DNA of 64,000 nt from positions 23,533 through 87,532 of the forward strand of contig NMRA01000610.1 in the NCBI GenBank assembly GCA_002633005.1. The letters run 5' to 3'. A program made the translations under genes and the position numbers. Source of the stretch: Phoronis australis. Taxonomy: Eukaryota; Animalia; Phoronida. Shown here piece by piece: positions 39,701 through 50,967 of the stretch (position 1 is the first letter of the stretch; every line of letters begins with the position of its first letter). The notes below the pieces were generated by a model. The model was not told the origin of the DNA and did no database searches. It worked only from the letters and a program-made list of their open reading frames with translations.

Positions 39701-42700
39701 ACGTTTCTATTTGTGAGATGATCCTACCCTCCCGTATTCAGATATATTCGATGTTATTTGTGCCATCAAGTTGCCATTTGTACTGTTTTCTAGTCTCTTT
39801 TTGGCGTCTGCCCCTCTGTCAACCAAACCACTCTAAGGATGATTATGAAAATGGGCTGGTATATTTCTAGTGTGATGAAGACATCTGACGATAATTTTCG
39901 GACGACTCTGACTACGACTGTGACAGTTTTTGTTGCGTCTATGGCTGTATCTCCTAAACCCTCTGCAGGATTTTATTAAATTTGTCAAGTGTATTAAATA
40001 TGAAGTGGACAATAGATGATTGAAATTTTGGATGGATGCGACTACTGCTGTGTTCCTCTAGTGGCATTGGTATTTTTGACTATATTTTTTCTACCTTGTT
40101 TACAACAGGGGGAGGCAGTGAGGCTCAGTGNNNNNNNNNNNNNNNNNNNNNNNNNNNNNNNNNNNNNNNNNNNNNNNNNNNNNNNNNNNNNNNNNNNNNN
40201 NNNNNNNNNNNNNNNNNNNNNNNNNNNNNNNNNNNNNNNNNNNNNNNNNNNNNNNNNNNNNNNNNNNNNNNNNNTGGTGTTATGGGCATGCCGATGAGGA
40301 GATCGGAGGGAGTGAAAAAGTCGGAGCTTTTTGCAAGTTGCATTTTTGTTTCAGTTTTTGATTCTGTGCGGATTGTTTATAAAATTTACTAAAATTACCC
40401 ACCATCAAACATTTATGGCCCAATGAATCAACAACGACCTGTAAATTTTTATGTTTTTGAAGTACGACCACCACCCATTTTGAATTTAAATCAAACACAA
40501 CCACCCAAAAATTTTTATTTCAGTTGCCTCCCCCCCCTCCCTCCAACACAGATTTTGCTGGAACAGCCCTAAACCCTCTGCAGGATTTGATTAAATTTAG
40601 CAAGTGTATTTGTATGAAGTTGACAAATAGACAAGGGAAACTTTGGATGGATGCGACTACTGCTGTGTTCCTCTGGTGGCATTGGTATTTTTGACTCTAT
40701 ACTTTTTCTACCTTGTTCACAACAGGGGGAGCCAGTGAGGCTCAGTGGGATAGGTTTTACCTTTTTTGTTCAAGGTCATGGGTTGGAGTCCCATTGGGGC
40801 ACATTGCTAGACCCTTGAGTCAGGTCTTTAGCTCCTTAGCGCTGTTTTAACAGATAGATTTATTTAATAAAGTATAAAAATGGTTCCAGGTGATCAGTGC
40901 AACAGGCCCACCTGAGCGGCCTGGGTACAACTGGTACAACATGTAACAGACCACCTGCAATTATTGTTTTAATTTACCTTCACAGTAGCGAGAACATGCA
41001 CTCATGCTATTGTGCTGGCCAATCTTGTGTGTGGAGGCAAACCGTGCGGTATGCAGCCCTTTATGGTACAACTACGTGACTTAGAGAACCACAAGTTGAG
41101 ACCAGGTAGGGATGGTGTCGGGCGCTCACCCAGGAATTCAAAATAGGGGGGCCAAAGCAATTACTCAGGGCGTCCACGAACAATGGCATGTGAATGACAT
41201 GACAAATAACTGTTAAAATGCTGTATTTTGCTGACTGTGAAGAAATGGGTTCGCAATCATTAGTTTTTCACCAGATGATGCCAGTTCTGAACATCTGATA
41301 AGGTCTGGATCCTTTTTTAACTGCTGAGCGCAATCTTTTGTCTGGCATGACAACATGCAGGCCAATTATCTACCAGGCTTCGAAGAGTTATTGAAACTTT
41401 GATGGGTTCCAACACAATGGGCTCTCTTAACTTCAGTTGTTACAGCTAACTAAAATATTATTTTGACAAATTCCATATTGAAACGAAATTGCCATGATTG
41501 CAAAAGTTTTGCATTTCACCTACTTTAAACAGAATTGAGACCCCAAAAAATTGTGTCTTGAGAAGTCAAGTCGCATTTTATTTGAGAATGCATTTTATAA
41601 TTAATAATTAATAATTATAGTCTAAGTAGGAGGATATGTTGCCATAGTTCAGCTGTTGTTGTCTGATCACCCTTTTACGGCAACCACTTTGCTAGATTTA
41701 TGTCTTACACAAATGGCAGAAGCTTATATTTTAACCCTTCGATTGAAAGATGGATTATTCGGTTTAATGTCGCCCAGGAATGTATGAAGCAATATCCTAA
41801 TATATTTTGAACCTAGTTTTGACTGTGCCGCTTACTAGTCGCTATATTGGTCTGATTTTTAAAAGAAAATGATGTCGTCCTGTTTCATTTTTTTTTCTTG
41901 AACGGCCATGTTTGTGTTGTGCAGGTCCACTAATGGCTGGTGTGATCACTTGCAAAATGGGAAAATACTGACCAAGAAGTAAAATCTGTGTTGTATATTT
42001 TTTAGGTATAACAACGGGTGACATCGGTCCCAAAATGGCTGCTAATCAAATTGATAATGGATTCCTGATTCTACGAAATGCAAGGATTCCTAGAGAAAAT
42101 ATGCTGATGAGGTTTAGTGAGGTATGGAATCAATAAAATCATGTATTAGATATTGAATATGACATATGTATGATAAATGCAGTTTTGTGTTGCGAGTGGC
42201 TAAATGTTTACAATCTTGCAAATCACTTCATCCGAATGTAGGCATCTTTCGGGATCTGGTATTAGCTTATTTGAGGGCCCTCTTGGAAAGCAGTGCTGTC
42301 ACTGAAGAGGTCACCCTCATTTTAAACAAAGTCATTAATATTAAGTATTAAATAAATATTTTGTCAGTCACTTTGAAGACTCTCCTGGTGAGTTCAGCTG
42401 GAATAGTTACACTCAAGAGATTATCTCACAAATTCCAATGACCTACTCCAACTGCAAAAACTATACCCGGGCTTCCAAGCCTCTCTTGTCTAATTTCATT
42501 TATTATAATTATTATTTATTATTAATGTAATATTTACAATGAGGGTAGCCCCATCAGTTCACACTGCTTTCCATGGGGGCCCTCCGTATTGAGCTACACG
42601 CTTACGCTACTGTGCCAATGTGTGAAAACTGTCCAACAGAGGAGCAGGATTGTGGGTAAACACCACAGAATCAAAGAGTGCATTGTGGTATTTTGGGGAG

Positions 42701-45700
42701 TAGCTATTAGTGAGGTGTATGTTAAGTATGGGGCAGGTGTAATATTTTATAACAATTCAAGTTATTCTATCTCCTGTGATTGGCTGTGTGTTTGGTCAAA
42801 AATGACATATATAGAGACCGCATAAAACAAGATAACATAGAAACAGATAAAACAAAGTATCGAAAAACATACAGCTTTCGAGCCTTATCGGGCGTGGCTC
42901 TACATCGGGTGTGCTTGGTGAATTTCCAGGTGTCCACCGACGGGGTATTTACTAAGAAAGGTTCCAGTAAGGCTAACTACGCCATCATGACCAGTGTGCG
43001 CGTTGACTTTGTACACAAGTCCTACTTGAGCCTCGCCACCTGTGCAACAGTGGTGATTAGATACAGCGCAGTCAGGAGACAGTCGTACATCCAGCCTGGG
43101 TGAGTGGATGCAAAGAGGTTTTTTAATGTGGTACAATGTCTGGTGGTGAGAAGCTTTGTACAAGCTGTGAAGTAACAAAGTTTAGAGTGTCTTGAAAATG
43201 AAATTAAAATGTATGTATAACTGTTGGAAGTTGTATTTTACAGACTACACTAAAGCAACCTTACCCTCAGGGACAATCAAAAAGAACACAGTCAGCATTG
43301 GCCTTTTTTAAGGCAAGCATGGACACCCCTTGAAATTTTTGGTTTGCCCCCATTATGTAATCCCAGATGTGTCAGTGTACCATGTCAGTGTTCTCAGATG
43401 AATGCCAGTATATTAAATAATCAATACTTATGTAGAACATGTCTTCAAATGGAGGGGGTTGCAATTTGCAAGTTGTATGCTCAATAGCTGAGTCACAGGC
43501 TTTAGGGTAAAACCCAGTGCTTTGATAGTTGGGCCCACAAACTGTTCTGTCTGCCTGGACACGCCCTCATTTCAGTTCCACAAGCTTACCTGAGGGATTC
43601 CTGAAGAGTCCCAGGGCCTCTTTTGAACATGTCCAATTCACGGATTAGAAAGTGAAACATGTCTAAAAAAGTGGTGTACTCTCTTGTGGAAAATATGATT
43701 GCAAATAGCGTTGCCTTTAGTGTCTGGAGTTCATCTTTTTGGAAGTTTAGCTACTAAAAAAGAACATGATGAATCTGTTGACTGGTTACTTAATGCTTGA
43801 AATATTTTGAAGGTTTTAGGTTCAAAAATTGAGAAATCGATATTTGGCCTTTGGTTCCCATACAGCCACAGAGTTCGCTGGGGGCGGATTTGGAAATCCT
43901 CAGTAATATTTCTGAGGCTATATATCAAAATACAGTTTTGTTGCTCTTTATTTTCGTTTTTCTTTTTTACCACTGACAGGATTTCTGGTTTATTTCAGAG
44001 CTGGTGAGGTACAGATTCTAGACTTCCAAACGCAGCAGTATCGTTTGTTCAACCCTCTGTCCCAGGCGTTTGCGTTCTTTTTTGCTAACCAGAAACTTCA
44101 GAAGCTGCAGGAAGTATTCCAAGAGGAGGCTGCTGCAGGCAACTTTAGACTCCTGTCTGTGGTATGCTCGCAGTTATGTCATGGTATCGACAAATCTAAT
44201 CAACAATTTGATAAGTCATTCACTTGTCATTTGGTGTTAACATGGTGGGAACTTATTCTGCTTAAATGAGAAAGGTTATGTAATTATTAAAAATATATTA
44301 AAGAGTCTATAAAACTCATGTAGTGGATGTTGTAATTTAAAGTAAATTATAACTTCAAGATTTTTTAACAGTTTTCAGGATGAATCGAACAAAATTTTAT
44401 AATTACAATAATTTATTGTTATCTCGATATCACTTTACAGATGCACTGTATGTCCTCCTGTTTGAAAGCATTTTGTACCGACGCCGCGGCTCACGACTTG
44501 GAGCAGTGTCGCCGTGCATGTGGAGGACACGGGTATTTACTGGCTTCTGGGCTACCCTCAATGGTCAACATGTTCCTTTCTGCGGTAACTGTTGAAGGAG
44601 AGAACACTGTCTTGTACCTGCAAACAGCTAGGTAAGTATTAGTGGTCTCAAGTCAGGAAAAAGTGCTGCTCACTTGTGCTGGCTTTGCTCGTAGTTTGGG
44701 CAAAAAATAGGAAAGTGCTTCCTTGGCACTTATTTAAAAACATTCCTCGATTTTAATGTAATCATCTTCTGTTTTGTTCACGTTTTCTTCACAAGAATTC
44801 GCCATCATTTGTTAAAATGGCCACTTCCAAGAAATGACTTCTTCATATGTTTCTGCTTTGTCCAGAAGAAATGCTCAAGGACTATTCTATTTGTAAATGG
44901 CATGAGAGTAAAAATGAGGTTAACTTTTCTTAAATCACGCCATAACTTTACCTCAGACGTACCGCTGATAAAATGGCATGGGGAACAAGACATTTGTCTG
45001 GACCATGATGACATTACCACAATATACTCCCAACTTATTTCATCAACCCACTTTTTTCTTTGTACGTTAGCGTCGCCATTACTGTATTTTGATTAACAGG
45101 TTTTGCTGCTACCTTAGGTGATCTTTTGATTTTACAAAATGTAAGCAAACTTGTGATCCACTGGGTAACTATTTTGTGATTACCAAAGACATACTAAACT
45201 AACATGTAGCATCCATTGCCCGCTACATCTCATGAGATGGGTAAACCCCACTTAAAGATCTCAAGTGGGGGTTGTCATTGGTCTACAAAGTCCAGTTATC
45301 CAGTTGTTGTGTTTACTTTTTCATTACTGTAACAGTATCTCATTGTTTCAGAATGTTATATGGCTCCAGTGGCCATACGGTACTAAGGTCCCGTGAAACC
45401 TTGCCTTTCATTCGAGTAATTTTGAAAGGTCTTGCATGAACTCTTTTTGCCAGTGTCAGAAACTAGATTCTATACGTTTTCCATAATTGCAGAAAATCAG
45501 AGTCTTATATCCTGTCTTACATGATCAGTTGCCGTGTTGCTTCTTGAAAATCTTGTGTTTTCATTGGAATGATCAACGCTTCAGTTGATCTTTGCTACTC
45601 CATGATGATACAAAACTGTATTTTTGTTCGTAGAATTATTGTGGCCATTAACTTCCTGTTTTGGGTGTGATTTGCAGGATTTTGTTGAAAAGTTACAGCG

Positions 45701-48700
45701 ACATTTTGAATGGAAAAGAGTGTCACCCAGCCATTATGTATCTTGGTGACAACGATATAGACACGTCAAAGTTAACATCTCAACAGTGCCTTGAAGCCAA
45801 ATGGATTATCAAAGCTTATCGTTTGAGATCTAAAAGGTATGTTGTACGTTTAAAACTACATGATTGTGCATAATATTGTTATGTCACATATACCATAAAC
45901 ATTGAATTTCTTATTGTGTTCGTTCATATTTTGGTGTGGTCGTTGATTGCCGTACAGTACAGAACTCTCATCCATGCTTTATTTTTTTCATGAAGTGTGT
46001 TTAAAAGAATGACGCGAAATGGCATGGTACTGTAAATTAACATTTGGTCATCTTTGTCATCATCTTCATCATTGTCTCCATCATCACCATTGCCATCATC
46101 ACTGTTGCCGTCATCACGGTCACCATCATCAACATAGCCGTCATCACAATTGCGGCATCACTGTTGCCGTCATCATCATGTCTTTCATCATTGTCGCCCT
46201 CATCACCGTGGCCATCACCACCCCATGATTGCCATAATTACTGTCGCCGACATCACCATTGCCTAATCACCATTACCATCATCAACACCATCACTTTCAT
46301 CACTGTCGCCATCATCACTGCTTCCATTATCTTTATAAATCGTCAGCAAAATCACACCATGTTGACGGTCATTATGGAGATTTGTCGTTGCTTACTGAGA
46401 CTTGATTCATTGTGCAGGTTATTGCAATCAGGTGCTACTATGTTACAACAAAGGATACTAGAAGGCAAACCTCATCACATAGCTTGGAATGAATGCGGTG
46501 TTGATCTCACAGTTGCTGCCAGGGTAACCTTTAGATTATTTCTTTCTAAGCTTTGATCTTTTAAGGTGCATTTTCAGAACACATTTTCATAATTCGTGAA
46601 GTTTTTGGCCATTTTGATGGCCTAGCAACACTTAAGCTTGGCAAGAAATTTTTATTTAATCTTTCAATAAACCATCCATCAAGAGATGCTTGAACTGGAG
46701 TTTTCAGGCCATCCTGTGTCACCGCGAGCACTTGGAACATTGAACAATCACGGTATTACTAAGTGTTTGACCGTGTTGTTTTAATGACTGTTCTTTGACT
46801 TCTTGTGCTGACGTAACGTGTGCTAAATGCTTTGAAAGTGGGTCAGAAAAACCAAGCATCCATGTTACTTTTTAGTTCAGTGCATTGAAGAGTGATGTAT
46901 GAATTAATTTGAATCCATGATTGTGTTCAAGGGAGGTTTAAACATAAAGAGAATGATTAATATTTAATCTGAAATTTTAAAATTATTTAATTTATACTTG
47001 ACAGGCGATTATGAAAGTTTCAAGGTTTTTGAAAGACAATTTTTGATGAAGTTTTTCCCTGAGGCAATGTCATTCAATAACTCTGTGATAGAATTGTTGA
47101 GAGATTTCGACGTAATCCCATTTTTCAAAAATTTTCCTCTAGCATTGTTCTAGCAAACACAAATACAAGAGATTGTATTTTCTTGATGAAGGAATGCAGA
47201 AATAAGATGCGATAAACTGCTTTCTGGACCTATTGCCAAGATTTTGACTAACAGCTGAACTGACCAATCTGAACCTTTGTGTGAGTTTCCAAGCCACCAA
47301 GACAAATAACACGTTGTCGAGGACTTCTCACAAGGGGGCAGAGCTTGCGATTGGTCAATTTAATCCTTGAAGTTCCTCTAATGTTGCTTGCATGGATAAT
47401 ACCACACGGAAACAGTAATTAAGACTTACATAATATGCCTTTGCGATATACAGGAATTTGTAGTAGATGAAAGAAACAGACCATAAATGTTGAGTCAATC
47501 TTTTGCATTAAAAAACTCACTAAGGTTTTATCATACTTCTACCTTTTTCTGTAGGCACATGCTCACCTATCAGTGGTCCAGTCATTTGTCGAAGGCATTC
47601 AGACCATTAGTGACAGAGACATCAAGAGGGTCCTCTCTATGCTGTGCGATCTCTATATGTTTCATGGCATTGTACTCTACTCTGGTGAATTTCTCAAGGT
47701 AGCTATAGTCATCAATAGGATTTCATTAGCTATGATATGAGAGGGAGAGAGAGATGATGCGTTTTGCTTGCTAATATGCTCAACCATGTCAGAAGCCTTT
47801 CATAAATCTACAAGAGGCAGCATTTCTTACTACAGTAGGTGAATTTCTTAAGGTAACCTCAGTCATCTATAGCTTCCAATTACTAAATTAAATGTAGTAA
47901 GAGTATTTATGGGCCCAAATTCTGGATCGTTTCACCACCCTGTAACTTTCTTTCAGACTGGTGCAGTTACTGCTGATCAACTAACGGCATTTGAAACGGA
48001 AGAAAAACGACTTCTTCCACTAATCAGGTTGGTACTGCAATCTCGATTTAGTTTTTAGCACCTTCCTAATTATAGATTACTTCGGATGAGCAGATGTGCC
48101 TGTGAAGAAAGTGGTTTTTGACATAAGAATATGTCCCATTGCGTGACATAAGAATATGTCCCATTACGTGACATAAGAATATGTCCCATTGCGTGACATA
48201 AGAATATGTCCCATTGCGTGACATAAGAATATGTCCCATTGCGTGACATAAGAATATGTCCCATTGCGTGACATAAGAATATGTCCCATTGCGTGACATA
48301 AGAATATGTCCCATTGCGTGACATAAGAATATGTCCCATTGTGGCTCTAAGGTTTTGTAGGACCTTACCGAAAGGTCTACATTTTTAACCAAATATCTAC
48401 AGAACTATGGAGTTCAACTCAACTCAGTAAATGTATGTTTTCTGAAAGTAGATAGCCTGTATAATTTAATTTTTCACATTTTAATAATCTGTCATTAATT
48501 ATGTGATCTGACCATGTCTTTGGTAAAATTCAGGAAAAAATGTATGGCAAAACAACGTTATCAATGACATCAAACTTTATTAGATATAAAATTGTTGAAG
48601 GTTAGATCTAAAAAACACTGTCACAGTCTTCTAAAATATTTCATTTAATGCAACTTCAAAGTTTTTTCATGCAATCGCAAAATGCCTATTTTTGATGATA

Positions 48701-50295
48701 GCTTCTCAAGACATGTGAATTTGGAAAATTTTGAAAACAAACTGTATCTGCTCAGAGTTTTGGACAGCAGTATACAATGCATAGTGTCTAAAAGTTAGAT
48801 ATTATGAATCTGATCAGCCATTTCTGAGATACAATGTTACGAATTTCGACAAATTTGGACTTTTTTCTGAAGTCCTACATAACATGGATTTGTGGTGTTT
48901 TAAGCAATGCCCTAACATCATTATTCTGCTCTGGCATTCCACCTTTATGTAACCAGTCCTTAGAATTTTTCACAAGTGGTTGCCAATAAATTTTTGTTCT
49001 TTTGTTGCCACAGCCACAAGTTATGTAAGTCCAGTAGTCGTGGTTTATGACTTATGCGTCCATTTTAACCTGGAGATGGGTTTTAGAATTTTTCACAGGT
49101 GATTGGCAATAATTTTTTTGTATTCTTTCATTACCACAGACCTGAAGCTGTCCGCCTTGTTGACTCGTTCGACTTCCATGACAAGACTCTTAGCTCTGCC
49201 ATTGGCTCTTACGACGGTAATGCCTACCAGAACCTGTACGACACAACCAAGCAGAATCCTATGAATCAAACTGAGGTAACATTTCTATTGTAGTCATAAA
49301 TGGACGATGAACTAAAACATTTACTGTATTGTGTTAGTCATATGTTTTACGTTACGGTACCGTGTTGCTCTCAAGTGCATCATTAGGTAAAAATTTTATT
49401 TTCACTTTTTGCATAGTAACAAAAACAATTATGACAGCAGCTGATTATTTTGCATCTTTTTTGTGAGTTGTAACTTTTATGTTAAAGTCCGGCTCAGCTG
49501 TAATAACGTCAGAAAAGCCAAAATGTATACTTCAAGACAAGTGTGTAATGAACTTAGCAGCACCGAATCATCACAAAATGAATTTAATTATAAAAAAATA
49601 ACTGCAGGTGGTCTGATACACGTTGTATCAGACGTGCGCAGGCCTCGCATGTGGGCCCATTGCACTGATCACCTGGAAATATTTTTATGCTTTATTAATA
49701 TATTGTTAAAACCGAGCTAAGGAGCTAGAAACCTGGCTCAAGGGTTTAGCAGTGTGACCTGGTGGGACTTGAACCCACGACCTCGAGTAAAGAAAGCAGG
49801 CACGTATCAACCAGGCCACACTGCCAAAATTGTATTTTTTCAATATTCAACATTTAATGTTCACTGTATTGCCAAAACTGTTCACATTTATTGTGTGATT
49901 GCTGATGACAGCTTTACTATGTACAGTTTTCAAATAATCAAAATTTATTGTTTGCTCTTGTTGAAAATGTTGATAAATAAATTGTTTTGCCATATTGTAT
50001 ACTAATGTGAAGAAACTTTATTGTAATAAGAAAGTGCATTAAGAAGTATCTCAATACTTCGCATTGTAAAGAATCAACTACCAAAACATGAACCAAAAGT
50101 TGTGATTTTTGAAAACGCATGAAGTTTAAACAGAATGAGTAGTCGTAACACTACCTTAGCAGGTTTTCAAAATAAAAGAATTAATTTCATCCATATGCTC
50201 GCTACTTTATTGACCTTGCTGTTCATTCTTATTTTCAGATCCACGAGTCCTACTACAAGTACCTCAAACCGTGGTTCCAAAAGGCACGGCTGTGA
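36705..50295 (+). CDS. ACOX1: Peroxisomal acyl-CoA oxidase 1-like, 15 coding exons, about 669 aa, PTS1 -ARL
   Basis: Exons: 36705-36864, 37360-37513, 38259-38413, 39311-39418, 40986-41105, 42006-42121, 42930-43099, 43999-44161, 44441-44631, 45678-45836, 46418-46523, 47555-47698, 47957-48027, 49140-49275, 50239-50295 (2010 nt, phases consistent). Motifs [49 protein letters not shown] (catalytic Glu) and YDGNAY. Invertebrates often carry several ACOX1/2-like paralogues, so exact orthology is not shown. Confidence 0.92.
40275..40569 (-). mobile_element. Second, inverted copy of the Harbinger-type MITE (partly in a gap)
   Basis: Reverse complement of about 19517-19806; ends CTGGAACAGCCC|TAA. Confidence 0.85.
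40730..40968 (+). mobile_element. tRNA-derived SINE, degenerate copy
   Basis: A-box-like gaggctcagtgg and degenerate B box; body aligns with the reverse complement of 49590-49825. Confidence 0.7.
42272..42360 (+). mobile_element. LINE/SINE 3'-tail fragment (GAGGGCCC..GGAAAGCAG..CTGA..ACCCTC plus AT-rich tail)
   Basis: Resembles the conserved L2/CR1-type 3' stem-loop; an inverted homologue lies at about 42500-42586. Confidence 0.55.
42500..42586 (-). mobile_element. Inverted LINE/SINE 3'-tail fragment
   Basis: Minus strand reads gagggcccccatggaaagcagtgtgaactgatggggctaccctcattgtaaat followed by an (aat)n-like tail. Confidence 0.55.
46045..46330. repeat. Degenerate (CAT)n/(CAC)n microsatellite
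   Basis: Direct sequence; the source of the His- and Ile-rich pseudo-ORFs. Confidence 0.85.
48121..48341. repeat. Homogeneous 25-bp minisatellite, about 9 units (acataagaatatgtcccattgcgtg)
   Basis: Near-identical head-to-tail units with no spacers. Confidence 0.95.
49590..49825 (-). mobile_element. tRNA-derived SINE
   Basis: Minus strand reads GGCAGTGTGGCCTGGTTG (A box)...GGTTCAAGTCCC (B box)...acccttgag...ccaggtgatcagtgcaa...cagaccacctgca. Confidence 0.75.
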
Positions 50296-50715
50296 ATATC
50301 AAGACATTCCAACGCAAATTTTGCACGTTTTGCATTTAGAGCTGGTTTGACATTTTCTGTACAGAAGTTGTATGCTGGAGGTCCTTATTGAAATAGCTTG
50401 GCAGCTGTCATATTTTGTTCATTATTCTACAGTAATTGGTCCAGGACTTTTTAAAATATATGCATACGGGTAAAATCTAGTTGCCAATTTTTGATAAAAA
50501 AATTGCCAAAAATGTCTTTTTTCACGTTTCAAGGATTTGAAATTCTTATAAATGCCCACAATTTTCAAAACTTTGTCAGGTGGTTACTATGGTACAGACC
50601 TTGAACATGAAAAAGCATTTAATTTGTGTCGCGTATTTTTATGGAAAAACAAATAAAATAAAATGTCACGTGTCGGCCATTTTGTCGTGGACTAAATCAG
50701 TGAGATTTTACTATA

Positions 50716-50967
50716 CAGTACAAGCCAAAAGTATTCTGACAAAATGACCCAGAATGCCCCGTCGTGACAGTTGAGCGAGAGCCTATTTCATAGTCAGAGT
50801 AGACTTTCTTATGACAGAAAACGAAGAGGAATTATCAGGTGGCTAAGCCACTCTGTAATCAGAGTTTTCCTGCTGCAATAGTTATCATGAGTCATTTTTG
50901 TTTTTAATGGAATTTGGCATTATGATGAAAAGACGGTATTTTGTCTGATTACTTTCGTCTTGTACTG
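50716..50967. mobile_element. Tc1/mariner-type MITE, 252 bp
   Basis: TA|CAGTACAAGCCAAAAGTATTCTGACAAAAT...ATTTTGTCTGATTACTTTCGTCTTGTACTG|TA. An interrupted relative lies at about 19335-20155. Confidence 0.8.

Noticed and set aside
46019-46417. His-rich and Ile/Thr-rich ORFs
   Set aside because: (CAT)n microsatellite in ACOX intron 10; only 46418-46523 is a real exon.
48121-48341. CRISPR-like regular repeat
   Set aside because: Head-to-tail 25-bp units with no unique spacers, inside a eukaryotic intron, with no cas genes: an ordinary minisatellite.
49755-49825. tRNA gene
   Set aside because: A and B boxes are present but there is no proper cloverleaf, and the sequence continues into a body shared with 40730-40968, so it is a SINE head.
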